Shown: positions 7,651-16,173 of the stretch, piece after piece
Position numbering within the stretch: position 1 is the stretch's first letter
Layout: each line of letters opens with the position of its first letter
From: Patescibacteria group bacterium
GTDB taxonomy: Bacteria > Patescibacteriota > Microgenomatia > UBA12405
DNA: 64,000 bases
Assembly: GCA_038062455.1 (NCBI GenBank)
Contig: JBBTXE010000001.1
Span: forward strand, 186,371 to 250,370
Direction: 5' to 3'
Notes under the pieces: generated by a model
Databases searched by the model: none
Seen by the model: the letters and a program-made list of their open reading frames with translations, nothing else
What the model was told of the DNA's origin: nothing
Program-made: the position numbers and the translations under genes

Positions 7651-9963
7651 TCACATCTTTTCCAATATCTTTATTCCTAGTATCGTCAAACCGTCTTTAA
7701 TTATTTTAGCCGTCACTTTGGTCAAAAATAATCTCTGTTCTTCATGTGCTTCGCCGATAATCCGATGTTTTCCATAAAACTCATTATATTTCCGGGCTAA
7801 TATCAGCAAATATTCTGCCAACACTGCCGGAGAAAATCTATCCGCCGCCTCAACTATTTTTTCGCTATATTGATAAAAATACCGCAGTAGTGCCTTTTCC
7901 TCTTCATTAAATTCGTAATTTGTAATTCGTAATTCGTAATTGGTTTTGGCTTTAGCCAAAACGCTCCGGCATCTGGCATAGGTATATTGCAAATATGGTC
8001 CCGAATTTCCCTCCATACTCATCACTTTATCCCAATCAAAAATGATGTCCCTTTTGGGGTCAGCCGATAAATCATTAAATTTAATCGCTCCAATGGCTAC
8101 TGCTTCAATCTCCGCCTCAGTGTTTGTCGGGGCAATCTTTTTTGCCTGTTCTTTAGCCGTTTCTATTATTTCGGCCAAGTGGATTGTGTCACCTTTCCGA
8201 GTAGAAAATTTGCCTTCTTTCCAACGGATTAGACCATGCCCTATATGGATAAAACTATCTCCCCAGCCCATCAATCTGGCTGCCGCAAAAACTTGTTTAA
8301 AATGCAGGTTTTGTTCCGACCCCACCTCATAAATAATTAAATCCGGATTCCATTTTTCCTTTCTAAATTTGACCGTCGCCATATCCCGGGTAAAATAGGT
8401 TGTGGCTCCGTCGGACTTAAGAAGCATTGCCGGCGGAAGACTCTTCATCTCCACCATCAGTGCCCCCTCTGATTTCTTGGTTAGGCCTCCAGCCTTCATT
8501 TCTGAAATCACTTCCGGAAGCATTGGCAAATAAAACGCCTCACCGTAAGCATTATCTATTTTGACATCCAGCATTTCATAAACCCGGTTAAATTCATTCA
8601 TTGATATATCAACGCAATCCTGCCAGATTTTTTTAGCTTCTCCATTACCTTGTTCCAGTTTGGCAAACCAGGCTCGAGCCTCGTCCTCCAGTGTTTTATC
8701 AGTTTCGGCTTCTTCATGAAACTTCACATACAACTTTTCCAAGCCCTCAATTGTCTCCTCCATTCCCCAATGTTTAATTGCGGTAATCATTTTGCCAAAT
8801 TGAGTTCCCCAATCACCCAAGTGGTTGTCCCCGATGCATGTCCAACCTAAGGTTTGGTAAATATTGTAGAGTGCCTGACCGATGTTGGTCGACCGCAGGT
8901 GGCCTATCCCAAAGGGTTTGGCAATATTCGGGGCGCTGTAATCGATTACCATTGTTTTTCCTTTACCAATTTTTTTCAGCTCATCTTTTTGTTTACCGTT
9001 TAATATTTTTTCGGCCTCTTTTGCCAATACTTCTTGTTTCAGCCAGAGGTTTGAGAAACCGGTCACCTTATCCATTTTTTCAATAATATCCAAATCGGTT
9101 ACATCAACATCTCCCCGTATTGCAAAATCCCCAAAGTTATCCGCCGGATGGGTTATCGGTACACCAACTTTATCGTGTATATTTTTTGCCAGAAAATAAT
9201 ACTTCTTTTCCACCACTTTCTTTTCTATCTTATTTACTTCAAAATCAGCTAGTTTTTTTGATTCAAAATTAATCTCTGCTTCCGGATGATCTTTATTGAG
9301 AATCAAAATTTCCCCCTTACCTCCAAGATTCCTAGTCACATAGTCAATAAATTCTTCAGCAATTTTAACTAGTTCTTCTTTATTGCTTTCAAATCCATCC
9401 ATGACAAAATAGCCATTTTTAGATTCCGGAGTTAATTTAGTCCGATCACACTGTCGCCAGTTCCAAGATCGGCAGGTAACGTCTAGATCATCCCGCCAGA
9501 TCAATTCCCCTTCAAATGCTGGTTTACTTTTGGTTGAGCCAATGACCACCCATCTTTCCCCACCTTTGGCTAATGTTAGTACCAAGTTCCCGCAAGACTG
9601 ATCCAAATTTTCTCCGCCAAACGGTGTCAAATACTTGACACTAAAAGCATTGTAGGTATTAACAATGGTGTTAATATCGGGCAGCTTTGAACCTTCTAAA
9701 AGCCTCTTGGTTAGGGCTATGTGCGATGGTTCGGCTTCCTCGATGGCTCCAAAATCTTTAAACACTTTTCGGTATTCAGTTACTCTTTTATCTTTTTCCC
9801 ATGTTACCTTATCTATATTTTTTAAAAAATCGTTTTGCACTGTATCCAAAAACATGGCCGATTCTTCTCTTTTTATTCCGGCATTAAATCCGTAAACAAT
9901 CGGTACCACCTCCACCATCTCCGGAAATTTCTCAAATACCGTTTTATCAATTTTGAATTTCAT
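7651..9963 (-). CDS. argS: Arginyl-tRNA synthetase with N-terminal B3/B4 (PheRS-beta-like) domain
   Basis: 770 aa. The C-terminal ~520 aa are ArgRS (PNIAKPFGIGHLRS, DHLGDWGTQFGKM, GNSGPYLQYTYARCRS, DALR-type anticodon domain). The first ~235 aa match the COG3382 B3/B4 family pattern (LPDINTIVNTYNAFSVKYLTPFGGENLD...TCRSWNWRQCDRTKLT). Confidence 0.9.
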   Translation of the reverse strand: MKFKIDKTVFEKFPEMVEVVPIVYGFNAGIKREESAMFLDTVQNDFLKNIDKVTWEKDKRVTEYRKVFKDFGAIEEAEPSHIALTKRLLEGSKLPDINTIVNTYNAFSVKYLTPFGGENLDQSCGNLVLTLAKGGERWVVIGSTKSKPAFEGELIWRDDLDVTCRSWNWRQCDRTKLTPESKNGYFVMDGFESNKEELVKIAEEFIDYVTRNLGGKGEILILNKDHPEAEINFESKKLADFEVNKIEKKVVEKKYYFLAKNIHDKVGVPITHPADNFGDFAIRGDVDVTDLDIIEKMDKVTGFSNLWLKQEVLAKEAEKILNGKQKDELKKIGKGKTMVIDYSAPNIAKPFGIGHLRSTNIGQALYNIYQTLGWTCIGDNHLGDWGTQFGKMITAIKHWGMEETIEGLEKLYVKFHEEAETDKTLEDEARAWFAKLEQGNGEAKKIWQDCVDISMNEFNRVYEMLDVKIDNAYGEAFYLPMLPEVISEMKAGGLTKKSEGALMVEMKSLPPAMLLKSDGATTYFTRDMATVKFRKEKWNPDLIIYEVGSEQNLHFKQVFAAARLMGWGDSFIHIGHGLIRWKEGKFSTRKGDTIHLAEIIETAKEQAKKIAPTNTEAEIEAVAIGAIKFNDLSADPKRDIIFDWDKVMSMEGNSGPYLQYTYARCRSVLAKAKTNYELRITNYEFNEEEKALLRYFYQYSEKIVEAADRFSPAVLAEYLLILARKYNEFYGKHRIIGEAHEEQRLFLTKVTAKIIKDGLTILGIKILEKM
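7909..7941 (-). repeat. 7-nt tandem repeat (AATTACG x ~4.5) in frame inside argS
   Basis: Minus strand aattacg aattacg aattaca aattacg aattt encodes NYELRITNYEF at the junction to the anticodon-binding domain. Confidence 0.8.
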
Positions 9964-9972
9964 ATCTATATT

Positions 9973-10470
9973 TTACCCCAATAAATCTTTAACAATTTTA
10001 TAAATGTCAATTAAGGATGCGACATGGACGAAATTAACCCCGATTGTATCCGCTTCCTTTTTATAGTCTTTATCATCAAACCAATAAACATCATTCATAC
10101 TAATATGTGTTTTCTTCATGATCTCTTCAACCATAACGTGTTTTGGACAGTACCCTCGCCACAGTCTGACGTTGACAGAGTTTATGTCTATATATGGCCA
10201 CAATTTAAATAATTTTAGCGCCTCGACCACCATCGATTTTTGATTGTCACTAACAATTCCCGCAAGGTGACCCGTGTCGGATAATAATTTAAATACTTCC
10301 ACTATATTTTTTCCTAAGTAGATTTTTTGACCATCGATTTGTCTTAAAATCAATCTTGGATCAACAAATTTTAGTTTTGATGTTTTACTACTAATATAGT
10401 CTTTATTTTTGGTATGCCACAAAGTTTCATCAGCATCAAATAAAAATAGTTTTTTATTCATGTGTTTCAA
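9973..10470 (-). CDS. HAD-superfamily phosphatase, MDP-1-like
   Basis: 165 aa; motif I FDADETLW (DxDxT followed by LW, as in magnesium-dependent phosphatase-1); IVSDN; WFDDKDYK. Confidence 0.65.
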   Translation of the reverse strand: MKHMNKKLFLFDADETLWHTKNKDYISSKTSKLKFVDPRLILRQIDGQKIYLGKNIVEVFKLLSDTGHLAGIVSDNQKSMVVEALKLFKLWPYIDINSVNVRLWRGYCPKHVMVEEIMKKTHISMNDVYWFDDKDYKKEADTIGVNFVHVASLIDIYKIVKDLLG

Positions 10471-11815
10471 TAACTTTTAATAAAGTATTAATCAAACCGT
10501 ATTTTTTAAGCTCCTCCCAAGAGGGATTATTGAAGTTAAGCCCTTCCCAAACAGCTTCTCCTTCAAAAACATCTGAGTTTGGGTAAAACACTGTCGAGTA
10601 GGCCACTTTTCCGGCATACTCCATAGGAAACAATCTCTCTTGACCAAAATGATATTCTCGGATTTCAAAACTTTTACCCTTATGTCCGATACCGAATCTT
10701 TGACAATAATCGCCGTTAAGATTTGTTATTTTACCCACTAAGTTATTAGACAATCCGGCTAATTCTGAGGTCCAAGGTAGATGAATTGTCGAATTAAAAC
10801 TCCACAAATGACTTAATTTAGAAATTAAATCATCAAATTGAAAACAATATTTCTGGTCTGGTATTTTTCCTGATGCCAGATCTAAAAATAATCTATTTAA
10901 AAAATTAAATTCATATGATGGAGAATGAAACGCAGACCCTAAATCGACTATCCTTCCTTCCGCTTGGTAAGGCAGCCACTTTTTCATCTCGCTCCACGGT
11001 GGAATATAGGCACTGCACAACACACTCAGTCCTTCTGTTTCCGATTTGGACGTATTATCGATAGCCCGCTTCAGCATAAATACTTTTTTAGATATCACAC
11101 TATTATCTAGATTTTTTAAGGCTGGAATTTGGTCCAAAGAATTCTGGGTTAGCCAATAAAATATACCCATGCCCGGGTAATATCGCTTATCTTCTTTTAC
11201 TTTTAAGTCGACAAATGTAGGTAAATCAGTAGCCCAATTCCAGTCCCTATCTTTTCGTAGACCGCCAACTCCGGTTATGTTTCTGACCGTAATAATTGGT
11301 TTTCCTGTTAGGGTTAACCAGGTGAAATCTTCTAAATCTGGAACCATGGAATCAGTTTTGGTCACTCCGGGGAAAATAAAATCCTGACATCCGCCCAATT
11401 CCTGAGCCATTTGGCAAAAAAGTAAAGCAAATTTCCTGGATATTATCAGTTCTGATTTTACTGTTTTTAAAACTTGGTCGAAAGAAATATCAAGTCCTAG
11501 CAATTTAGCCTCATAAGTTAAACCGCCGACTAAAAATAATTCTCCAACCACCTTAGCCAGTTTTCGATGTGACTGGCAGGAATCATAGCCTGTTTCCAGA
11601 TAACCTACTTCTGGATCAGGTAAGTTATTTTTTACGGTACTAATTATTGCTTCAGCGTATTCAGGCCTTATAGTTTCTGTTTGTTTGTGTAGCCAAAATA
11701 AAGCTTCTTCTTGGCCATTATCGGTGCAAATATAGTCTTTGGCCCAATTTATATGCTCCTTAAGTTCCACCATCTGTTTTGGTGGAATATTCATTGTTTC
11801 TATTATATTTTTCAT
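10454..11815 (-). CDS. Hypothetical protein (453 aa from the first ATG)
   Basis: The ORF-track start at 11830 is a TTG lying inside the U-tract of the upstream terminator. The first ATG is at 11815 (MKNIIETMNIPP...). No motif I can recognise. 17-nt overlap with the downstream HAD gene suggests co-translation. Confidence 0.6.
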   Translation of the reverse strand: MKNIIETMNIPPKQMVELKEHINWAKDYICTDNGQEEALFWLHKQTETIRPEYAEAIISTVKNNLPDPEVGYLETGYDSCQSHRKLAKVVGELFLVGGLTYEAKLLGLDISFDQVLKTVKSELIISRKFALLFCQMAQELGGCQDFIFPGVTKTDSMVPDLEDFTWLTLTGKPIITVRNITGVGGLRKDRDWNWATDLPTFVDLKVKEDKRYYPGMGIFYWLTQNSLDQIPALKNLDNSVISKKVFMLKRAIDNTSKSETEGLSVLCSAYIPPWSEMKKWLPYQAEGRIVDLGSAFHSPSYEFNFLNRLFLDLASGKIPDQKYCFQFDDLISKLSHLWSFNSTIHLPWTSELAGLSNNLVGKITNLNGDYCQRFGIGHKGKSFEIREYHFGQERLFPMEYAGKVAYSTVFYPNSDVFEGEAVWEGLNFNNPSWEELKKYGLINTLLKVIETHE

Positions 11816-11825
11816 ATATTTTTTC

Positions 11826-12067
11826 AACAAAAAAGCCCCTTCGATTCCAATAGAAGATTGGAACCAAAGGGGCCAAAAAAGTTGGCGGTACCACCCTTTT
11901 TCAGTCTCTCAATAAAAATCCCCCTTGCGGAGGATGCCACTGAAATATTGAGAAACTCTCATTCTTCAGCGCTCCGTTGCCGACACGCTTTGCTTTCTTT
12001 ACGGTTTGCCTCCGTATCCCATTTTTGGGATCACCTCTCGGATCGCGACTCCGATTAAACGGTTTAT
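11826..12067 (-). promoter_or_regulatory. T-box riboswitch leader (terminator/antiterminator type)
   Basis: Minus-strand RNA contains AAAAAGGGUGGUACCGCC (plus 11885..11902), which matches the T-box consensus AAnnnGGGUGGNACCGCG. The antiterminator can be drawn as AGGG[UGGUACC]GCCAA-loop-UUGGC-CCCU. A competing terminator GCCCCUU...AAGGGGC (11835..11873) is followed by UUUUUU. A GNRA-capped hairpin AUCCUCC-GCAA-GGGGGAU (11918..11935) lies just upstream. Confidence 0.75.
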
Positions 12068-12073
12068 AACGAA

Positions 12074-12101
12074 ATTATAACCCATAATATAGTCGTGTCA
12101 A
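12074..12101 (-). promoter_or_regulatory. Sigma70-type consensus promoter for the T-box leader
   Basis: On the minus strand: TTGACA (12101..12096), 16-nt spacer, TATAAT (12079..12074). Predicted TSS near 12067. Confidence 0.6.
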
Positions 12102-12128
12102 TAGGGTAAATTATGCTAATATTAACTT

Positions 12129-12902
12129 GTGAAACCCATTTCCGAACTGACATCGAATCAAATATCTAATATTAAACTCATCTCTTTTGACAGTGATGGG
12201 GTTTTGGTCAAAAAGGGGACTGAACTCTCTCAAACCCAAGATGGCTCTTTCTCTCAAAGAACCAATTTTGTTTCACCTTCAGTATTGGACAGATTAAAAC
12301 TTCTTAAAAGACGCTTTCATATCGTTATCAATAGCGGTCGTAACAGTCTCTATCTTAGCCAAATTTATCAGGATATTCTCTGGGACAATGTCACTCTTAT
12401 CTCCGAAATCGGTGTCTTTCTTACCGGCCAGGGCTTCATGGTCCAAACCGAAAAAATGGATGATTATGAACTTGAAATTATCGCAAAAATCCGCGCCAAA
12501 TTAGGTAAATTAATCGGTGATCCCCGGGTCAAAGGTTTTGAACCCAAACAATTTTTGACCACTCTTCACTGTTTTTCCGAAGTTCCCGAAGTGGCTACAA
12601 TCGTCAAAGATTGTGATCCGGAAAATAAATTTTATTGTTGGTGGAATCTCGAGGCTTACGACATAAACTGTCAAAAATTTACCAAAATCAAGGCTCTGCT
12701 AAAACTACTATCATTGATGAAACTTAGTCCCTCCGAAGTTATGGTGGTTGGCAATGGTATTAACGATCGGGATTCGGTCACCTCCCAAATCCTCAACGTT
12801 TCCACCAATCCGTCAAACTTAATCGCTGACGATTATTCTATTGAGGGTGAACATCTCGGCGGTGAACTTCTTTTAGATCAACTTCTTCGGCTCATTTTCT
12901 AA
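12129..12902 (+). CDS. HAD-superfamily hydrolase (Cof/IIB-like)
   Basis: GTG start; motif I FDSDGVLV; motif IV VGNGINDRD; ~100-aa cap between them. Confidence 0.7.
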   Translation: MKPISELTSNQISNIKLISFDSDGVLVKKGTELSQTQDGSFSQRTNFVSPSVLDRLKLLKRRFHIVINSGRNSLYLSQIYQDILWDNVTLISEIGVFLTGQGFMVQTEKMDDYELEIIAKIRAKLGKLIGDPRVKGFEPKQFLTTLHCFSEVPEVATIVKDCDPENKFYCWWNLEAYDINCQKFTKIKALLKLLSLMKLSPSEVMVVGNGINDRDSVTSQILNVSTNPSNLIADDYSIEGEHLGGELLLDQLLRLIF

Positions 12903-13513
12903 TCAAAATTTCCCAGTCTCCAAATCGATCTTTTTTCGTCAAAGTAAATAGAGGTAATTCCGCCGTTTTTAAAACTTAGAGCTCGGAAAAATTTTTTAAA
13001 CAGCTTCGACTCAAAATCATCTCCGACAATCAAGTGGCAAATTAGACATCTCAAAAAATCGGCATGTGATACTACCAATATTGTTTTGTCAAAATATTTT
13101 GTCATCAACATTTTTCCAATTACTTTTGCTCTTTTAAAAGCTTCAACCATTGATTCACCTGTCTTATCAAATTTCCACCTAGGATCACAAAATTTTTTCT
13201 CACGCTCCTTAGCGTATCTGATTGCCTCGCTGTCTTCATTACTTTTTCCGCCCAATGTTTGTGATTGCAACCGTTCCCGATACATTTTTTCAAAAATAAC
13301 CTCTATTTTTAAAGTCATGTTAATTATTTCAGCCGTCTCTCTGGCCCGGGTCCAAGGGCTGGAAATTATCACCTCTATTCCCTTATCTTTTATCAACCTG
13401 CCGGTTCTTCTAGATTGTATCTTGCCGGTTTCAGACAAGCTTGACTCTGTTCTCTGTTCTATTCCGTTTTCGGCGTCAATGGTTTGTCCATGTCGGACTA
13501 GATATAGTTTCAT
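12899..13513 (-). CDS. Histidine phosphatase (phosphoglycerate-mutase-like) family protein
   Basis: N-terminal LVRHGQT (RHG motif); SSPWTRARETA; VVSHADF. Confidence 0.8.
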   Translation of the reverse strand: MKLYLVRHGQTIDAENGIEQRTESSLSETGKIQSRRTGRLIKDKGIEVIISSPWTRARETAEIINMTLKIEVIFEKMYRERLQSQTLGGKSNEDSEAIRYAKEREKKFCDPRWKFDKTGESMVEAFKRAKVIGKMLMTKYFDKTILVVSHADFLRCLICHLIVGDDFESKLFKKFFRALSFKNGGITSIYFDEKRSIWRLGNFD

Positions 13514-13560
13514 TAAACTATTATAATTTACTTATAGTTATTTTTTAAATTATAAAAACT

Positions 13561-14028
13561 ATGCCATTTAGCATAAATCTAGCCATAATTACCGGTAATG
13601 CCACTCGTGATCCCGAGTTAAGATACACTCCCACCGGTTCAGCCGTTTGCAGTTTTGGTGTCGCCACCAATCATTCAATCAAAAGAGGCGATCAATGGGA
13701 AAATGTTCCCACCTTTCATAATATTATCGTTTGGGGAAAACAAGCTGAATATATTTCCAATACCGTCAAAAAAGGGATGAAAGTTTCCCTTACCGGCCGT
13801 ATCGACAATCGCCAATATAACGCTAAAGATGGTACCAAAAAATATATCAGCGAAATTGTTGCCGACACAGTTATTCCCTTTACCGACCGAAAAACCGATA
13901 GTGGCGAAATGCCTGATATTACCCAAGGTGATGAACCATCGTCCCTAAACCAGCCAGTTGCCGAAGTCGGGGAAAAAGTCGAAGAAAAGGTCGAAGATAT
14001 TGTCATCCCCGACGAAATGCCTTTCTGA
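13561..14028 (+). CDS. ssb: Single-stranded DNA-binding protein
   Basis: OB-fold start NLAIITGNATRDPELRYTPTGSAVCSFGVATN; acidic tail ending DEMPF. Confidence 0.9.
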   Translation: MPFSINLAIITGNATRDPELRYTPTGSAVCSFGVATNHSIKRGDQWENVPTFHNIIVWGKQAEYISNTVKKGMKVSLTGRIDNRQYNAKDGTKKYISEIVADTVIPFTDRKTDSGEMPDITQGDEPSSLNQPVAEVGEKVEEKVEDIVIPDEMPF

Positions 14029-14061
14029 TTTTTTCAATTTTCATTTTTTTGCATTTTTTAG

Positions 14062-14134
14062 TGACGCTACCGGGAGTCGAACCCGGGTTAGTAGAATGAG
14101 AATCTACTGTCCTAAACCACTAGACGATAGCGCC
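14062..14134 (-). tRNA. tRNA-Glu (anticodon CUC)
   Basis: 73-nt cloverleaf read by hand. Acceptor GGCGCUA/UAGCGUC; D stem GUCU/GGAC; anticodon stem GUAGA/UCUAC with loop UUCUCAU; T arm CCGGG-UUCGACU-CCCGG; discriminator A. CCA is not encoded. Confidence 0.85.
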
Positions 14135-14153
14135 AAAGTGCTAAAATGAACTG

Positions 14154-15287
14154 ATGAATTCTACCAAAATAGGCCGCCTTTTTCTGCTTTTAGGTATTAC
14201 CTTTTTTTCAACCCTGTTTTTTTGGGCCACCTTCTATTTTGACATCCCTGGTCGTATCGGCATAGGCCATGTTTCCATGGAAACCATTTGGGCCAATTAT
14301 GATGGTCCAAATTACCTAGCCATCAGCAAATGCGGCTACCGCCCTGACTGTATCCGCCAAAACTTTTCCCTGTCCCAGCCCCTGGAATATTATCCGGCCC
14401 ATTTTCCGGGGTTTTCAGCTTTAATTAATATCTTTCAACCCGGACTTTTAAGCGGCCCCCGGGCTATGCTTTTGGTTACTCTTCTTGGTTCACTTCTTTT
14501 AACCACTTTCTCCTATTTGTTTTTTTCTCTATTTTTTTCACCGAGTAATTCATTTACTTTAGCCGCTATTTTCATCTTTTTTCCCGCCCGGATTTTTATT
14601 CTCCGCCAAATTGGCGCTCCCGAAAGTTGGTTTATAGGCTCAATTTTAGCTTCTCTCTACTTTTTTAAACAAAAAAAGTATTTTGTTTCGGCCCTCTTTG
14701 CCGCCGCCGCTCAAACTTTCAAAAGCCCCGGGATTATATTATTTGCCGCCTATCTAATCCATTGGCTTTTAACTTTTATAAAAACCCGGGAAATTAATTT
14801 TAAAAAATATTTTTGGTATTTACTTTCACCCCTATCAGTATTAGTAATTTTCTGGCTTTTTCAGTGGCATACCGGCGATTTTTGGGCCTATTTCCACAGC
14901 GGCGACAATATTCATTTAAGTCTTATTCCTTACTCCGTCTTTTTGAGCCGAAATACTTGGGTCAACACCATTTGGCTCGAAGACGTCATTTACATTTTCG
15001 GTCTCTCGTTTGTTGCCCTCTTCGCTCTCTACCGCCGCTTTAAATTAAAAATCAGTTTTATTTTCCCGTTTTTATTTACTCTGGCCACCGTCTTTGTCGG
15101 TCATCGGGATATCAGCCGTTATATCGCTCCGGTTTATCCCTTTATTCTTCTTGCCTTTGGCCGATACCTAACTAAAAAATCTTTTCGTCTAGTTTTCCTC
15201 CTTTTAATCCCGGCTGTTCTCCTCTACGCCCTCAATTTTGTCGCCGGTAATGCCGCTCCCATTGCCAACTGGGCCCCTTATTTATAG
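14154..15287 (+). CDS. Polytopic membrane protein, PIG-V/GT-C-like mannosyltransferase family
   Basis: About 10 TM segments. The first loop WANYDGPNYLAISKCGY...YYPAHFPGFSALI resembles the W-D-x-x-x-Y-x-x-I-A-x-x-G-Y pattern of PIG-V-like enzymes. Confidence 0.5.
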   Translation: MNSTKIGRLFLLLGITFFSTLFFWATFYFDIPGRIGIGHVSMETIWANYDGPNYLAISKCGYRPDCIRQNFSLSQPLEYYPAHFPGFSALINIFQPGLLSGPRAMLLVTLLGSLLLTTFSYLFFSLFFSPSNSFTLAAIFIFFPARIFILRQIGAPESWFIGSILASLYFFKQKKYFVSALFAAAAQTFKSPGIILFAAYLIHWLLTFIKTREINFKKYFWYLLSPLSVLVIFWLFQWHTGDFWAYFHSGDNIHLSLIPYSVFLSRNTWVNTIWLEDVIYIFGLSFVALFALYRRFKLKISFIFPFLFTLATVFVGHRDISRYIAPVYPFILLAFGRYLTKKSFRLVFLLLIPAVLLYALNFVAGNAAPIANWAPYL

Positions 15288-16156
15288 AGCCGCCATTTAC
15301 CCAAATTTTCCGCCACCTTATTTCCCATACTCATTAGTGTCAGTTTTTGGCTGACAATCGATATTTCTTTATTTAATTTTTTAGCCAGCTCATCTGTTGT
15401 CAGATCCTCAATTTCCAAAAACTCTACCACCTTTTTTTCCAGAGGGTCGCCGTATTCAATCGTCATTTGATTTCCTGCGGTTTTCTGATCGGTAATATCA
15501 CTGCTATCAGTTACAATTTTGGCCCCTTTTTCTTTTATCAAATAATATATTCCCTGACTTAACGCCGAATTAATCGGTCCGGGAATGGCAAATAATTCTT
15601 TGCCCTGTTCCCGGGTAAAACGGGCAGTTATCAGTGATCCTGATTTTAATCCGGCTTCAACTACCAATGTTCCTAAAGATGCCAACCCGGCTACAATCCG
15701 GTCACGCAAGGGAAAGGTCCAAATGGTGGGGACAAAATCCGGTTCATATTCCGATACAATTAAACCGTCTTTTTCTAAAATCTTTAAATATATTTCTTCA
15801 TTTTCCGGCGGTGAGATAATATCTAAACCTCCTCCCAGCACTGCCACCGTTTTGCCGCCGCATTCCAAAGTTTCCCGGTGTGAGGCCATATCCACCCCGT
15901 ACATAAAACCGGAAATGATGGTAAAGCCATTGGCTACCAAATCCGGCACCAGTTTTTTAATAGCCGATAGCCCATATTGACTCATCCGTCGGCTGCCAAC
16001 CATTGCCAGCGACTTTTCAAAAATTTTGTTATCCCAAATTCCCCGATAAAATAATTTAAGGGGACTATTTTTAATTTTTCTCAAATGCTCCGGAAAATCC
16101 TTTTTTTCTATTATTTTAATCGGCCATCCCTGAATTTGTTTAAAAAATTTTGACAT
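15278..16156 (-). CDS. dprA: DNA processing protein DprA
   Basis: GSRRMSQYG, VSGFMYGVD-like, GGGLDIISPPEN, VVEAGLKSGSLITA; C-terminal winged-helix-like tail. Confidence 0.85.
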   Translation of the reverse strand: MSKFFKQIQGWPIKIIEKKDFPEHLRKIKNSPLKLFYRGIWDNKIFEKSLAMVGSRRMSQYGLSAIKKLVPDLVANGFTIISGFMYGVDMASHRETLECGGKTVAVLGGGLDIISPPENEEIYLKILEKDGLIVSEYEPDFVPTIWTFPLRDRIVAGLASLGTLVVEAGLKSGSLITARFTREQGKELFAIPGPINSALSQGIYYLIKEKGAKIVTDSSDITDQKTAGNQMTIEYGDPLEKKVVEFLEIEDLTTDELAKKLNKEISIVSQKLTLMSMGNKVAENLGKWRLYK

Positions 16157-16173
16157 TATGTTTTAAAATTTTT

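Noticed and set aside
11831-12060. Considered SRP RNA, 6S RNA, RNase P RNA, tmRNA, and SAM or TPP riboswitches for this structured region.
   Set aside because: None of their signature motifs is present (GGAAGCAGC-type SRP domain IV, RNase P CR-I GGAAAGUCC, a tRNA-like tmRNA end, TPP CUGAGA/ACCUGA). The T-box core and antiterminator geometry fit instead.
13958-14149. 63-aa ORF between ssb and the membrane protein.
   Set aside because: It overlaps the tRNA-Glu gene on the opposite strand, and the region is explained by the tRNA.
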